In this document: piece after piece, positions 14,675 to 28,453 of the stretch | How the letters are laid out: each line of letters starts with the position of its first letter | Position numbering within the stretch: position 1 is the stretch's first letter | NCBI GenBank assembly: GCA_951406725.2 | Contig: OX597830.1 | Coordinates: 71,176,001 to 71,240,000 of the forward strand | Reading direction: 5' to 3' | DNA from: Octopus vulgaris | Taxonomy: Eukaryota | DNA: 64,000 bases | The notes under the pieces: model-generated | Told to the model about the DNA's origin: nothing | Database searches by the model: none | What the model saw: the letters and a program-made list of their open reading frames with translations, nothing else | Program-made: the position numbers and the translations under genes

Positions 14675-14923
14675 CTCAGACCGGGCGATGTCTGTGTGTT
14701 TATGAGCGAAAAAACCTAAGCTCCACGCGGCTCCGGCAGAAGGTAATGGCAAAACTTCTGATGACTCTCTCGCCACAACTTTCTTTCACTCTTTCCTCCT
14801 GCATCTTGCAGCTCACCTGCGACGGACCAGCGTCCCGTCCAGGTGGGGAACCTATACGCCAAGGAAACCGGGAAACCAGCCTTATAAGTCAAGCGTGGCT
14901 CGAGAAGGAACAAACAACAAACA
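14675..14923 (+). mobile_element. SINE family C1 (5'-truncated; V-SINE-like segment, AAAC tail)
   Basis: First ~125 bp align to 16485-16610; contains CCTGCGACGGACCAGCGTCCCGTCCAGG resembling the V-SINE central domain (recalled). Confidence 0.7.
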
Positions 14924-15000
14924 ATATATACTATTTATATTATTATTTGATTGAATGCCAGGCATCCATTTCCAAGTAAATTTATTTACATGTATATGTA

Positions 15001-15041
<41 letters not shown>

Positions 15042-15108
15042 AGATAAATTTCCTCTATTTACATAATATTGAGGTCTCTTTCTTTCTTTTGTTATCTTAC
15101 CGTTTTAT

Positions 15109-15248
<140 letters not shown>

Positions 15249-15479
15249 CTGTCCCTTTTTCCTACTATGTAAGTTCCTTGAGTTTCTTTTCTCTAGATTC
15301 TTCCTCACTCTCTCTCCATCACCAATCTCCCACCGCTCCACCCCGCATCACACAATCCCAAAGTATCCCCAATTGCCAGTAAATTGCTGCTCCCTTTCCT
15401 ACTCTGCATAATACCATGACACATGTCATTTATTTATACTAACGACCCCTAACAGTTATTATCGTCATTCCTTATCAAG

Positions 15480-15848
15480 GTCATCGTCTCCATCATCATC
15501 GCCATCGTCGTCGTCGTTGTCGTCGTCATCATCACCATCATTTAGACAGTTTGCCCTCCCCTAACACCACAACCATTACCCCCTACATCTCCTCCTCCTC
15601 CTCCTCCTCCTCATCGTCATTGTCATCGTCGCCATCGTCCTCCTCCTCATTATCATCATCATCATCATCATTATCATCGTCATCGTCTATGGCTTCTTCG
15701 GCCTCGTCGACCGCGCCATCGTCATCGTCTTCATCGTCATCGTTGTTTACCAACATTGTCTCGGTTTTTTCTGTCAGTGTCGTTGTTGTCTCCATCACTG
15801 TCGTAGTCGCTGTCATCGGCTTCCTCCTCCTCCTCCTCCTCCTCCTCC

Positions 15849-15894
<46 letters not shown>

Positions 15895-16080
15895 TCCCAT
15901 CATCGTGATCATCATCACCCCCGTCTTTGTCATCGTCGTTGTCGTCATCATCAACATCATCATCATCATCGACACCATCACACTCCTCCACCTCCTCCTC
16001 CTCCTAATCTTCGTCATCATCTTTATCATCGTCATCGTCATCAACACCATCATTGTCATCATCGTCATCATCAATGTCCT
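15480..16080. repeat. Degenerate (TCA/TCG/TCC)n low-complexity tract
   Basis: Direct reading. Confidence 0.9.
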
Positions 16081-16434
16081 CGTAATAGTTTATTTCTCAA
16101 CAAAAGAAAACTGATTCTTTTTCTATCCAATCTTATTAGTTTAACGTTCCATCCATGACATGCTATCAAGTTAAGACTATATACATACCAATGTCTATTT
16201 CCTCCTTTTCTTTAAAACTACGTGGTAATCTAGTTGATATCTAAGTTATAATTCAACAGCTATATCTCTCAGTTCACCTGAGAGCTTAGAGACTTCCTCG
16301 ATGGTTCGTAGCAAGTCAACACATTACCATTTTTCTTTGGAGACCTCAGTACAAAGTTTCTACCTACAAGAAATAGTAGCCAAACTCGCTCGAATCATTC
16401 CGCACTATTTTTGAAAGGATACATTAGTTAATGT

Positions 16435-16795
16435 GGAGGTGCAATGGACCTGTGGTTAGGACAGCGGACTCGCGGTTTCAATTCCCAGACCGGGCGTTGT
16501 GTATGTTTATTGAATGAAAACCCTAAAGCTCCACGAGGCTCCGGCAAGGGGTGGTGGAGACCCCTGTTGTACTCTTTCGTCCCAACTTTCTCTCACTCTT
16601 TCTTCCTGCTTCTTGTCCCCGACTTCCTAGGCAACCGCTGAGCCTGGATGCGCATCCATCCATCCATCGGTGGTTGACCTGCTTTCTCTTCTGCGGGTCT
16701 TACGAATAACAAAGGACTACGTTTCGGACTTCTTCCACTATAGAGGCGCGATCTTGCGAGCTCTGGGACGAAGACCGCTTCGCTCAACAGCAACA
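16435..16795 (+). mobile_element. tRNA-headed SINE family C2
   Basis: Head GGAGGTGCAATGGACCTGTGGTTAGG..GGTTTCAATTCCC; body shared with 14675; different 3' half ending in a CAA/CAG tail. Confidence 0.75.
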
Positions 16796-16896
16796 GCAGC
16801 ACCACCACCACCACCGTGACTACCACCACCAATTACAACTACAGCATCACCACCACCTTCAACAACAATAATAATAATACCACCGCCACCACCACC

Positions 16897-16927
<31 letters not shown>

Positions 16928-17345
16928 CAATTAGCAATAACATCAACACTATCGTACCACCAACAGGAACAATAACAACAACAGCAGAAATAGCAACAAT
17001 AAAGCCAACAGCAACCACAACATGATCACCAACCACCACAAACAACAAGAACAAGAGTAACAACTACAATTTCAGTAAAAACAATCACAACGCCATCCCT
17101 AACACCAACACCACCACCGCCACCACCATCAAAAGCAACAACAACAACAACAACAATAACAGCAATAAATATAACCACAACAACAGCAACCTTCGTAGCG
17201 CTGAAGAAGACATTCCCATTAAAAGCCGTTAATAACTCATTGATTTAGTGTTATATAGTTTTTAAATGTAACCCTTTTATTATCTTGCTCTATATTAAAA
17301 ACAGCAATAACTCCGATAATAATTATTAATTGCCAACTTGCTTAC

Positions 17346-17378
<33 letters not shown>

Positions 17379-17386
17379 CACACACA

Positions 17387-17419
<33 letters not shown>

Positions 17420-17719
17420 TACTAACGTTCGCGCACACGCACACACAGACGTTTGTACGAAATGTGAGAAACAGACATAGAGAGAGAGAACATTCACACA
17501 TAAGCATCCCTACCACCATCACCATCACCACCGCCACCTATTCATACACAGCAAAAAAAAAAACCCCAGAAAAACTCACACACATACACCTGAATAACTC
17601 ACAACGCACATACATGCTTATACATACATTTACACGCAAATATACATGCACACACATTTGTAACTAGAAATGTTCCTATCCACACTCATTTATGTGTGTG
17701 TGTGTGTGTGTGTGTGTAT

Positions 17720-17940
17720 TGGTTTCAAGTTTTAGCACAAGGCCAGCATATTCAAGGGACGGGTTAAGTCGATTACATTGAAGCAAGTGCTCATCTGGCA
17801 CCCTTTTTTATTGACCCTCCCCCCACCGAAAAGAAAGCAAAGCTGAACCCAGTATAATTTGAACTCGGGACGTAAATACGGACGAAATATCGCTAAGCAT
17901 TTAACCCGGCGTGCTAATTATTCTCCCAGCTCGCCGCTTT
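17720..17940 (-). mobile_element. tRNA-headed SINE family B (~220 bp)
   Basis: Minus strand GCGGCGAGCTGG..GAGTTCAAATT..GGCCTTGTGC; matches 18787, 20320, 51490, 52925. Confidence 0.8.
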
Positions 17941-18084
17941 CAATACATACATACATACATACATACATACATACATACATACGTACATACATACATACAT
18001 ACATACATACATACATACATACATACATACATACATACATACATAAATACATACATACATACATATACATATAAATATATATAT

Positions 18085-18488
18085 TCTCTTTTACTCATTT
18101 ACTTGTTTCAGTCATTTGACTGCGGCCATGCTGGAGCACCGCCTTTAGTCGAGCAAATCGACCCCGGGACTTATTCTTCGTAAGCCCAGTACTTATTCTA
18201 TCTGTCTCTTTTGCCGAACCGCTAAGTGACGGGGACGTAAACACACCAGCATCGGTTGTCAAGCAATGCTAGGGGAACAAACACAGACACACAAACACAC
18301 ACACACATATATATATACATATATACGACAGGCTTCTTCCAGTTTCCGTCTACCAACTCCACTCACAAGGCATTGTTCGGCCCGGGGCTATAGCAGAAGA
18401 CACTTGGCCAAGATGCCACGCAGTGGGACTGAACCCGGAACCATGTGGTTGGTTAGCAAGCTACTTACCACACAGCCACTCCTGCGCC

Positions 18489-18490
<2 letters not shown>
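18085..18490 (-). mobile_element. SINE family A, full length
   Basis: Complete from head GGCGCAGGAGTGGCTGTGTGG to tail. Confidence 0.95.
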
Positions 18491-18568
<78 letters not shown>

Positions 18569-18786
18569 TGTGTGTGTGTGCGTGTGTATATATATATATT
18601 TATTTATTTATATATTGGCATGTATTCAGACAGATGGACGAATTTACATAAACACACACTAAGATGATTACTCGCATATGCTTATACATATACATATGTA
18701 AAACAGACACATATTTATATACTCACATAAACGCTCAACCTTTCTCAGAGATAATAATATGCAACCAGATACACATAAACATACAT

Positions 18787-19000
18787 ATTCTTTTCTGCTC
18801 TAGGCACAAGGCCCGAAACTTTGGAGGATGGCGCCAGTCGATTAGATCTACCCCAGTGCGTAACTGGTACTTAATTTATCGACCCCGAAAGGATTAAAAG
18901 CAAACTCGACCTCAGCGAAATTTGAACTCAGAACATAAAAGACAGACAAAACACCGCTAAGCATTTAACCCGGTGTGCTAACTGTTCAGCCAGATTACCG
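18787..19000 (-). mobile_element. SINE family B
   Basis: TTCTTTTC..TAGGCACAAGGCC..GACCCCGAAAGGAT..TTTGAACTCAGAAC. Confidence 0.85.
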
Positions 19001-19260
19001 CCTAAAGTTACATACATATTCACACAGCAACACGCTCAAATATACACATAGCGTAAACTCACATATACACACACAAATACAGACAGACAGCCAAACATAC
19101 ACACACACACACACTAACATACACGTACACATACTGATACACAAATTCACACTGAACGACACGTACACCATCCTACCTATTAAACATACATCCAAAACAT
19201 GCTCATATTCACACAGATACTTTCACGAAGAAACGGACACACACATTTCCTCACACATTT

Positions 19261-19298
<38 letters not shown>

Positions 19299-19900
19299 AA
19301 ACACACACAATCAAACACACTTTGGTCACAGAAGAAGAAATCAGTTCTTGTCTTGGCTTCGAGGAAGAGCATTATAATTTTTAATTATATTAGCTATTGA
19401 TTGCTTAATTAATTCTTTTATAGTTGTATATTATTGCCGTCGTTGTTATAGCTTTTGTTCTACTAACGTTTACACTATGAATGTCTTATCATTGAATTCA
19501 TCATCATCATCGCCATCACAATCGTTGACGTCTTCGACGTCGTCAGCGTCATCATAATCAACATCATCATCATGGTCACGCTGTCATCGTCGACATCGTC
19601 TTCGCCGTATTCGTTGCCGACGTCGTTATTGTAGACCTCGTCGCCATCATCGTTATCATGGTGATGAAATTATTCGTCATCGTCATCTGCCTGTATGTTT
19701 TCGTCACCATCATCATCGTCTCGACCGATGTGAAACCGTAAGAAATGAATGACACAGCACCAAAGCCTTCCAGTTGTGACCATCCAGAAATTTTGACTTG
19801 ACCGTATTATTCATATGTCCTGGTCAACATTACTGTAGTTACGTTCCTACATACATACTCACAGATACATATATTTATGTATATATATATACATGTATGT

Positions 19901-20298
19901 GTAGCTGTGTGGTGAGAGAGTTGCTTCTCAACCACATGGTTCCGGGTTCAGTCCCGCTGCGTGGTACCTAGGCAAATGTCTTCTACCACATCCTCCGGGC
20001 GACCAAATCTTTTTGAGTGGATTTGGTAGACGAAAACTGAAAAAGCCTGTCGTATGTGTGTGTGTGTGCGTGTGTTGATCTATGTGTGTATGTTTTTGCG
20101 TCTGTCTTTGTCCCCACATCGCAGCATGACAACCGGTGTTCATATATTTACGTCCTCGTAACTTGCGGATCGGCTAAGACATCGATAGAATAAGTTCTAG
20201 GCTTTAAGAATATTAGTCATAGGGTCGATTTGTTTGACTAAACTCTTCAAGACGGAGCTCCCGCAACATTTGACTGAAACAAGTAAAAGAATAAAAGA
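19901..20298 (+). mobile_element. SINE family A
   Basis: CAACCACATGGTTCCGGGTTCAGTCCC..TGACTGAAACAAGTAAAAGAATAAAAG. Confidence 0.9.
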
Positions 20299-20319
20299 AC
20301 GTGCGTGTTAGCGCGTGTG

Positions 20320-20613
20320 TGCCGAGATCGACTTTGCCTTTCATCCTTTCGGGGTCGATTAAATAAGTACCAGTTACGCACTGGGGGCCGATATAATCGA
20401 CTTAATCCGTTTGTCTGTCCTTGTTTGTCCTCTCTGTGTTTAGCTCCTTGTGGGTAGTAAAGAAATTGGTAATTCGCTTGTGTTTACGTTCTGAACTCAA
20501 ATTCCACCCTTTCGGGATCGATAAATTAAGTACCTGTTGCGTACTGGACTTGATCTAATCGACTGGTCCCTTCCAATAAAATTTCGGACTTTGTGCCTAG
20601 AGTAGAAAAGAAT
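20320..20613 (+). mobile_element. SINE family B, partial tandem dimer
   Basis: CTTTCGGG.TCGAT..AAGTACC.GTT unit occurs twice (~20345 and ~20510). Confidence 0.8.
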
Positions 20614-20650
20614 ACAAGTCACATTTTGTAATGGCATACGGTATGAGGGT

Positions 20651-21029
20651 GTGTTGCTTTTTATGGTTGAGATTTGTGGGAAGAAATGGTTAAGTCCTGC
20701 AGGCCTGGTCAGCCATCAGAGAACTCAGAGGAATCAACCCGTGGTAAATTGTGATATGGTTGTTGTTCACAACAGAACATGTGCAACATGTGGAAAGGTG
20801 TGCCTCTCAGTTGGAGGATTGGAAAGGCATGTCAGAAGAGTTCATACTGTGGCACCTGTTCCTTCTGCCAGCCAGCACAGGTGTGCCTTATGCAATAAAA
20901 TGTGCAAATCTTTCAACGGGGTCAAGAGTCATACAAGGACCTCACACTGTATCATCAATGACTCATTTCAGTGATACTTTCTAGCAATGGCTTTGCTCGT
21001 ATAAGAAAAAGCAGCTACTATATATATAT
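20651..21029 (+). mobile_element. 3' end of a probable RTE-like LINE encoding tandem C2H2 zinc fingers
   Basis: ORF 20651-20974 has two C-x2-C-x12-H-x4-H fingers plus one damaged finger (S.xGL.SH.R type, no TGEKP linkers); short UTR then (TA)n. Confidence 0.65.
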
Positions 21030-21589
21030 CGTCTGTGTCATAAAAGTGAGATCTGTATACATCACCCTTTCATCACTAGCCAAACTTCTGATTTAAATCG
21101 CATTCTATGAGCTGTATTTATATTTAAGACACACTTGATAATGTTTGTTTATGGTACTTTACAAGTAATGGTTTTTGTTCAACATATAGTCTATCCCCCA
21201 CAAAATGGACGCACATGTTCTTAACATTTTTTGATAAACGTTGAACCAAAACTCGGGCTTAGAAACTACAGTTCTATAAAGGTTATCAAAGTTATGATTA
21301 TTTCCGTTTGGCGATAAGGAGGATATTTAAGTCGTCACAGAAGTATTGGAGCTTGGCACTTACTGTTGAAAGTTTATTGCCCTCATAGTTCTTCAACAAC
21401 CCAAATAACGTACACTACTGTACAAGACAATACTGGTTATAACTTATTAATTCTTTGCAAATAATGACAAAACACATTAAATGCTTGCCATAATATACAT
21501 TAAGTGGGCCTTTGAATTGAAGCCTTAACACTAGCGAGGTCACCCAGGAGTCGATTACTCTACAGGAATTAACACAGTATTTAAATATG

Positions 21590-21790
21590 ACACAATACCC
21601 TTAACATTCAAACGGTACCTGGAGAAATTCGTCCAAGACATACCAGACAAACCACCAGCATCTGGATAGATTTCGGCGAACAAAAAGCCCCATCTTGAAG
21701 TGGTTGGCTGTAAAGTCCTAAAAGAAGTGGTGATGATAGGTTATACATAGTCTGGGCCAATAATAACCGGGACCCACATAAGTTATCAGA
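21590..21790 (+). mobile_element. CR1-like LINE C-terminal remnant
   Basis: FKRYLEKFVQDIPDKPPASG resembles the CR1 ORF2 end FKxxLDKFLxxIPDxP. Confidence 0.6.
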
Positions 21791-22109
21791 TACCTGAAGT
21801 GAAGGACATAGTTTCTTACGGTATGTATAAAGTTAAAATGGAATATATAAAAAAATATTGATACTGTACAGTGCAGATATTTTTCTCTAATTTTTTTTCT
21901 TAGCGTTGTAATGTTCCATAGATTTGCAGTCCTAGATTATATAAATCCTGTTTTTAAGATGATCTCTAGTTTGTTTGTTAGTGTGTATGCGTGTGTGTGA
22001 GTTTGTGCATGTGTGTATTTGAGTGTGTGTGTAAGTGTGTGTGTATATTTGAGTGTGTGTGTAAGTGTGTGTATATATATAGACATATATATATATATAT
22101 ATATATACA

Positions 22110-22315
22110 TTGAATCGTTAGCTCCTGCACGCATTTTTCTCTCTCCTTGTTTCTCTCCGTGTTTCTTTTCTGTGTATCTTTCTGTTGAAGAGCGTAGGCT
22201 CGAAACGTAAAAGACTTGTTTTATTTATATTCCTGAGCGCCATACTAATACAATTGTTTGTTTGTTTCCCACCTGCCTTCGTCTTTTGTTTATTTTCGTA
22301 AAGCTTCCCGTTATA
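22110..22315 (+). mobile_element. Hammerhead-bearing short element (relative of family R)
   Basis: TCTTT-CTGTTGA-A-GAGC-GTAG-GCTC-GAAA-CG-TA-AAAGA at 22177-22214 (core A6 altered); downstream CTGAGCG..TAATAC motif. Confidence 0.65.
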
Positions 22316-22732
22316 TAGGGTATGTCAGGTAATGTTTAGATTTTCTCCCCTTCATACACACGCAAGCATGTATCTCACTTTCCAAACATTTGTACATTAC
22401 TGCATATGCTTTATATGCACTTTAGACAAGTTGTAGTGCACCTGAGCATTGTATACAATAATTTCATTATATATATATAAATTTCTATATATATATATAA
22501 ATTTCTATATTTATATATGATGTATTAATCAAGCTCCTTTTCTACTCTCAGAGACGCTATTGGCAATTTTTCAAAATGGTTGTGGTGATAGAGTAGTCCA
22601 AAGTCAGCCCTGATCAAACTAACTTAACTTGGAAAATGATCCATTTGTGACCAACATTGATCATAACCGAGCCAAATCGATCCATCTGTCCTTCTTTATT
22701 TTAGACCGTAAGACATTCTTTGATGCAAATTT

Positions 22733-23160
22733 TGTGGCTGCGTGATAAGAAGCTTGCTTCCCAACCACAGGGGTCCGGGTACAGTCCCACTGCGTGGCAT
22801 CTTAGGTAAGTGTCTACTACTATAGCTTCGGGCCAACCAAATTCTTGTGAGTTGACGGAAAGTTGACGGAAAGTGAAAGGAACCTGTCATATATACATGT
22901 GCGTGCGTATATATGTGTATGCGAATGTGTATGAGTATGTGTGTGTCTTTGTATCTGTTTGTCCCAACTACCGCTGGGTAACCGGTGTTAGTGTGTTTAC
23001 GTCCTTGTAACTTAACAGTTCAGCAAAATTTTAGTTAGAATAATTACCAGTCTTTAAAAAATGGATGAATACTGGGATCGATTCATTCGACTATAAATTC
23101 TTCAAGGTGATGCCCCAGCATGGCCGCAATCCCATGACTGTAACAAACAAAAGATAAAGT
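22733..23160 (+). mobile_element. SINE family A
   Basis: Head-to-tail alignment with family A. Confidence 0.88.
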
Positions 23161-23419
23161 CTAAGGAAGTTTCGTTTTATTTGTAATTTTTTTCTGATAG
23201 CATGGGAACATTTAAGTTCACGCGAGCCTTTGTGTGTGCATATTGTGAAGAGGGAAATTGTAATAACAGTTTTACTAACTGATATGAACATGTTTTATAT
23301 GAATTTTTTTTCAATTAAGGCTTATTTAAGGTGCTTCTTTTTTCATGAGAATCTGTGATACTTCTTCAAAAGTATTAATTCAGTTGGACCCCTTAGATTC
23401 GGTTGCATGGTTAAGAAGA

Positions 23420-23590
23420 TGCAGGCATAGTAATTTGGTTAATACGATAATTTTGCAGACATCATGAAGTGGGTTTAGAGCCCCACTGAGTAGTACTTTG
23501 AGAATTGGTTTTCTATTATATCCCAGGGCAGACCAAAGCTTTGTAAATGAATTTGGTATGTATAGACTGTATGGAAACATTCGTGTATAT
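23420..23590 (+). mobile_element. SINE family A-like 5' half, heavily decayed
   Basis: CCCCACTG..GACCAAAGCTTTGTAAATGAATTTGGTA. Confidence 0.5.
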
Positions 23591-23599
23591 GTATATACG

Positions 23600-23780
23600 T
23601 CACCTCAGCAATGCTTTTCTCGGACTATTTTTTTCCTTTTCTCCGGATCTTCCCCTTTCCTTTTTCTGACGAAAAGCCATGCTCGAAACGTCGGACCATC
23701 TTAAACTGAGCGTCAGCCTAATACTCTATACGTCCTCCGTTCTTTTTACGTTTTTATTTTTGTTTTTGATTTGCTTGTAC
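23600..23780 (+). mobile_element. Hammerhead-bearing short element (relative of family R)
   Basis: TTT-CTGACGA-A-AAGC-CAT-GCTC-GAAA-CG-TC-GGA at 23663-23695; CTGAGCGTC..TAATAC..ACGTCCTC downstream. Confidence 0.65.
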
Positions 23781-24179
23781 ATAAATCATACATATATGCA
23801 TACATACATACATACATACATACATACATACATACATACATACATACATACATACATACATACATGAATGCATTCATGTATGTATGTATGTATTTGTTTA
23901 GCAAGATTCTTGATGTGAAAACATGTGTTGAAACGAACATTGTAATACTTAAGGATGGTCGTCTTACGCCAATAAAACACACGCACTATTTGTTTGATCT
24001 TCACTTCACTTTTATTAACATTATCTTAATTTTTTAGTCTATGTGTTCGTCAAAGTTCTGTTATCTCGCATTCTGAGACCTCTTCAACGACTCTCTGTCT
24101 TTTGTGCCTTGCCTAATATGTGCGTGTGCGCGTGTATGCGCGCGCGTGCATGTGTGTGTGTGTGAGTGAGTTCGAGCGT

Positions 24180-24358
24180 GTAAATTTGTGTCTTGATAAC
24201 TTGTGTTGGTTTGTTTATGTTCCCGTAATTAGTAGCAATTCGGCAAAAGAGACCAGACTTCAAAATATAACATAAGCAATGGCAGTGATTTCTTTGACCA
24301 AAACCCTTCAAGTGGCACCACAGCATGACCGAGTTCAATGATTGAAACAAGGGAAAAA
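24180..24358 (+). mobile_element. SINE family A 3' half, decayed
   Basis: TTCGGCAAAAGAGACC..CAGCATGACCG..AATGATTGAAACAA. Confidence 0.65.
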
Positions 24359-24420
24359 TATGGCATGATATCATTTGATATATGATATATGATACGATAT
24401 ATATATATATATATATCACA

Positions 24421-24631
24421 TTCAAAATGTGACCGCGTGTTTACCGTTGGCGATTTTTTTTCCTCCGTCTTCCCTTCTTTGGATCTTTCCTTTTCCTATG
24501 TTTCTGACGAAGAAATCCGCTCGAAACGTTAAACCCTTCTTCTTTCCCTCTTTCCTGAGCGTCCAATAATACTATACTTGTTCCCTGTCCTGGCGTTGTT
24601 GTGTTTTCTCTTTGTGTTTTCCTGTTTGGTT

Positions 24632-24636
<5 letters not shown>
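24421..24636 (+). mobile_element. Family R: ~215 bp non-coding hammerhead-bearing element in (TA)n
   Basis: Aligns end-to-end with 50845-51057 (-) and partly with 29285-29427; motif GTTT-CTGACGA-A..GCTC-GAAA-CG-TT-AAAC at 24500-24534. Confidence 0.85.
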
Positions 24637-24674
<38 letters not shown>

Positions 24675-24980
24675 CATAAATGCTTTACGGAGTTAGCCGA
24701 TTACTTACGAACAATATGTTTCTAAGGGTAAATATTATTAACAAAATGATAATTAAATATGCTACAAGAAGAATGCCTCATCATGCTCATTCAACCTGCT
24801 AAAAATAGCAAGAGAGATCCTCTTTCATATTGTAATAAACGCATACATAATCTTAAGTACGAAAGAAAACAAGACACGTAAAAAGACAAAATGGCTAAGG
24901 GTGGGAAAAAAATAATCTTTCGTATTAAGGTCTGTTCGGTTACAGGATAATAACCTAAAGCTGGCACTACTACTACTACA

Positions 24981-25047
<67 letters not shown>

Positions 25048-25412
25048 TTACTACTACTAGAAGAAGGGGAGGAAGAAGAAGAAGAAGAAAAACGATGACA
25101 GCTATAACAACAGCAACGACGACGACATCAAAATCATCATCATCATCATCAACTACGACAAAAATGAAGTCAAGTTAAAAAGCGCTGACACGAGTCGAGC
25201 CGAACCGAACCGAATAGATACGAGCCAACCCGAATCGTGGTGACGTTCAGTCGGCGTGAACTGATGTTTGGTGTGGTTAAATATAAGCTTCAAGGAACGA
25301 ATCACTTGGACGCTGCACCCCTTCCCTCCCACTTCTGATCTGCTAACAACACAAGCATTCCACACAACGACAACTGATACTGGCCTATCGATCGCTTTCG
25401 AATATCAAATAT

Positions 25413-25452
<40 letters not shown>

Positions 25453-25695
25453 CACACACATTGGCATGCATATACACATGCAAGCATACATACATACATA
25501 CATGCATACATACACACACGTATATGCAAAGAGAGTTACATAGATTTATATATATATACATATATATATATATATACCTATATATATATATATTTATATA
25601 TACATATGCACATTTATTTACATACATGTGTGCGTGTATGCGTGTATACACACACTCACATACAAACATGCATGCATAAAAACATACACATACAC

Positions 25696-25745
<50 letters not shown>

Positions 25746-25798
25746 TTAAAAAGGTGATCACAGTGAATATATCTATCTGTCTATCTGCAAGTTTACTT

Positions 25799-25863
<65 letters not shown>

Positions 25864-25942
25864 AATATATATATATATATACATATATATGTATATGTAT
25901 ATATATATATACATATGTATATATATGTGTATATATATATAC

Positions 25943-25974
<32 letters not shown>

Positions 25975-25988
25975 TTACATTCATGCAT

Positions 25989-26055
<67 letters not shown>

Positions 26056-27288
26056 CATACATATTAATATGCATATACATATGAAAATATATAGATGGAT
26101 AGAAAGATAAAAGATATGCGTGCATTTATATATATATATAATTGCGTGTGCATATGTGTCTTAGTTGCTTCTCTCTCACATTATATCTTTCTTACTTTCT
26201 TTCTTTTTCTCCTCCCAGCAGCAAGTAACCAAAGAAGCGATCGATAAATAGAAGGAGATGAGGTAAGATAGGAAGTAGGAGGTAAAAAAATAAGAAGGCG
26301 GAGGTGGAGGAGAAGGAGGAGAGCGAGGAAAGAGTATTGGTGTATGAGACAGAGGGCAGTGAAATAAATAAATAAATAAAAAGGAGAAAGATTAATAAAC
26401 GAGGAGGAGAGAGAAAGGCAGGGGAGAAAGCCAGATTGAAAATGTGAAAGAGGAGTAGTTATAGGAAGGAATAAGAGAAATAATGAAGGAGGAGGAGGAG
26501 GAGGAAAAAGCGGAGGAGGAGGAGGAGGTTTGTTGAAGACGGATGAGAGAAAGGGAAAGAGAATGTGAAAGAGTGGTGGGAGGGAAAATATGATAAGAAA
26601 GACGGGGAGAAAAAAGGAGCCTGTACGGAGCAGAGAAGGTCAAAATGAAAAACAAGAGAAAGAAGCAAAAGAAGGAAGAGAAATAGAGTGAGAGACACGG
26701 GAGGGAAGAAAAGAAGCCAGAGCAAAGCTCGAAGCAGAAGACGGAAGGGATTTGTGGTAAGAGATACGGTAAGAGAAGGGAACTAGAAGTGGAAGACAGA
26801 AAGAAAAAAGGGAGGTAATAGAGGAAGAGGACGAAGAAAATAACAAAGTTATTTGCTCATTGGTCGAGTGTTACAATGGCTCAATGGCATTGAAAGAGCG
26901 AGTTTTGTCGACTCGTCAGCATAAGAATAATTCCGAAGTGGAGAGAGCTCCAAGAATTATAAATAGGAAACAGAACGGAAGGAAGCGAACCGGTTACGTA
27001 CATGTTGGTTGTTTTATTATTATTATTATTATTATTACATTTGTTGATTTATTTGTTCACATGTATTTATTATTATGTTATTTATGAATATTTTTTTAAT
27101 GTCTTTCTCGATGCTTCACGCCAGCGAAAAGCTTGCCAAAAGAAAAAAAAAGGCATCAACAATAATAATAACATACATATACATAAACATACACACACAC
27201 GCACACACACAAATATACCCTCATATACAAATATATACACATATGGAAACATACATGCACCCGCATAAACAATTATAAATACACACAT

Positions 27289-27339
<51 letters not shown>

Positions 27340-27351
<12 letters not shown>

Positions 27352-27500
27352 TTAGGGTAGAAATTGATATTTATCAATTAGAACCAGTGGTCTAGCATAT
27401 TAAAAAAAGAATCCGAAGATTAAACTATTTATATAAACCAATTAAGGACTGAACATATCTAGCATGTTGACTGTCCACTTTTCGTGTTCAGTCCTTAATT

Positions 27501-27505
<5 letters not shown>
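27340..27505 (-). mobile_element. TA-embedded element family D (deleted, with short fold-back)
   Basis: Two blocks are reverse complements of 39345-39428 and 39208-39250; ACCAATTAAGGACTGAACA inverted repeat. Confidence 0.65.
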
Positions 27506-27569
<64 letters not shown>

Positions 27570-27757
27570 ATATATATGTGCATATATAATGTACACTTAC
27601 ATGTATGCACATACATACTCACACAGGTAGAAATATACAACTTACATACCGATTCAAATACGCACATGTATAAAAGCACACCATATGCATACATTTACAA
27701 ACGTACATACACATACACACACATATATATATATACACAAATACACACATCTAACCA

Positions 27758-27805
<48 letters not shown>

Positions 27806-28237
27806 CGTACAAGGTGTACAAATACACGAGTATAAATCATATACACACATTTTGTATATCAAGACACCAACTCACACACACACACACACACGCACACACA
27901 CACACACACACGCATAGACACACACACGCACACAGACATACAGACATAGATATTGATACGATATCATTACCACCACCACCACCGCCACCACCACCACCAC
28001 CACCAATAACAACAGCAACAATACAATTATAAATATCAGCAATGTCACAAACATGAACAACAACAAAAACAACAACAACAATAACAAACTACGACGAAAA
28101 CAACAACAGCAATAACGACAACGATCGCAGCATCGATGACGACGGTTACAGCTATGATGACGATGTTGATGCTGATGATGTTCATGATGATAGTGATGAT
28201 GATGATGGTGGTGATGATGATGATGATGATGATGATA

Positions 28238-28281
<44 letters not shown>

Positions 28282-28420
28282 GATGATGACGATGACGATG
28301 ATGATATTTTTACATGCCATCAGGACTACTACGATATGGAGTGAAACAGACCAAAAAAGGGAGAAAGCGAAGGAGTGACAAAAGTAAGGAGAAAGAAAGA
28401 GGAAGATAAAGAAAAAGAGA

Positions 28421-28453
<33 letters not shown>

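Noticed and set aside
15551-16114. 187 aa ORF with apparent transmembrane stretch
   Set aside because: Hydrophobic runs arise from (ATC/CTC)n repeats, open in several frames.
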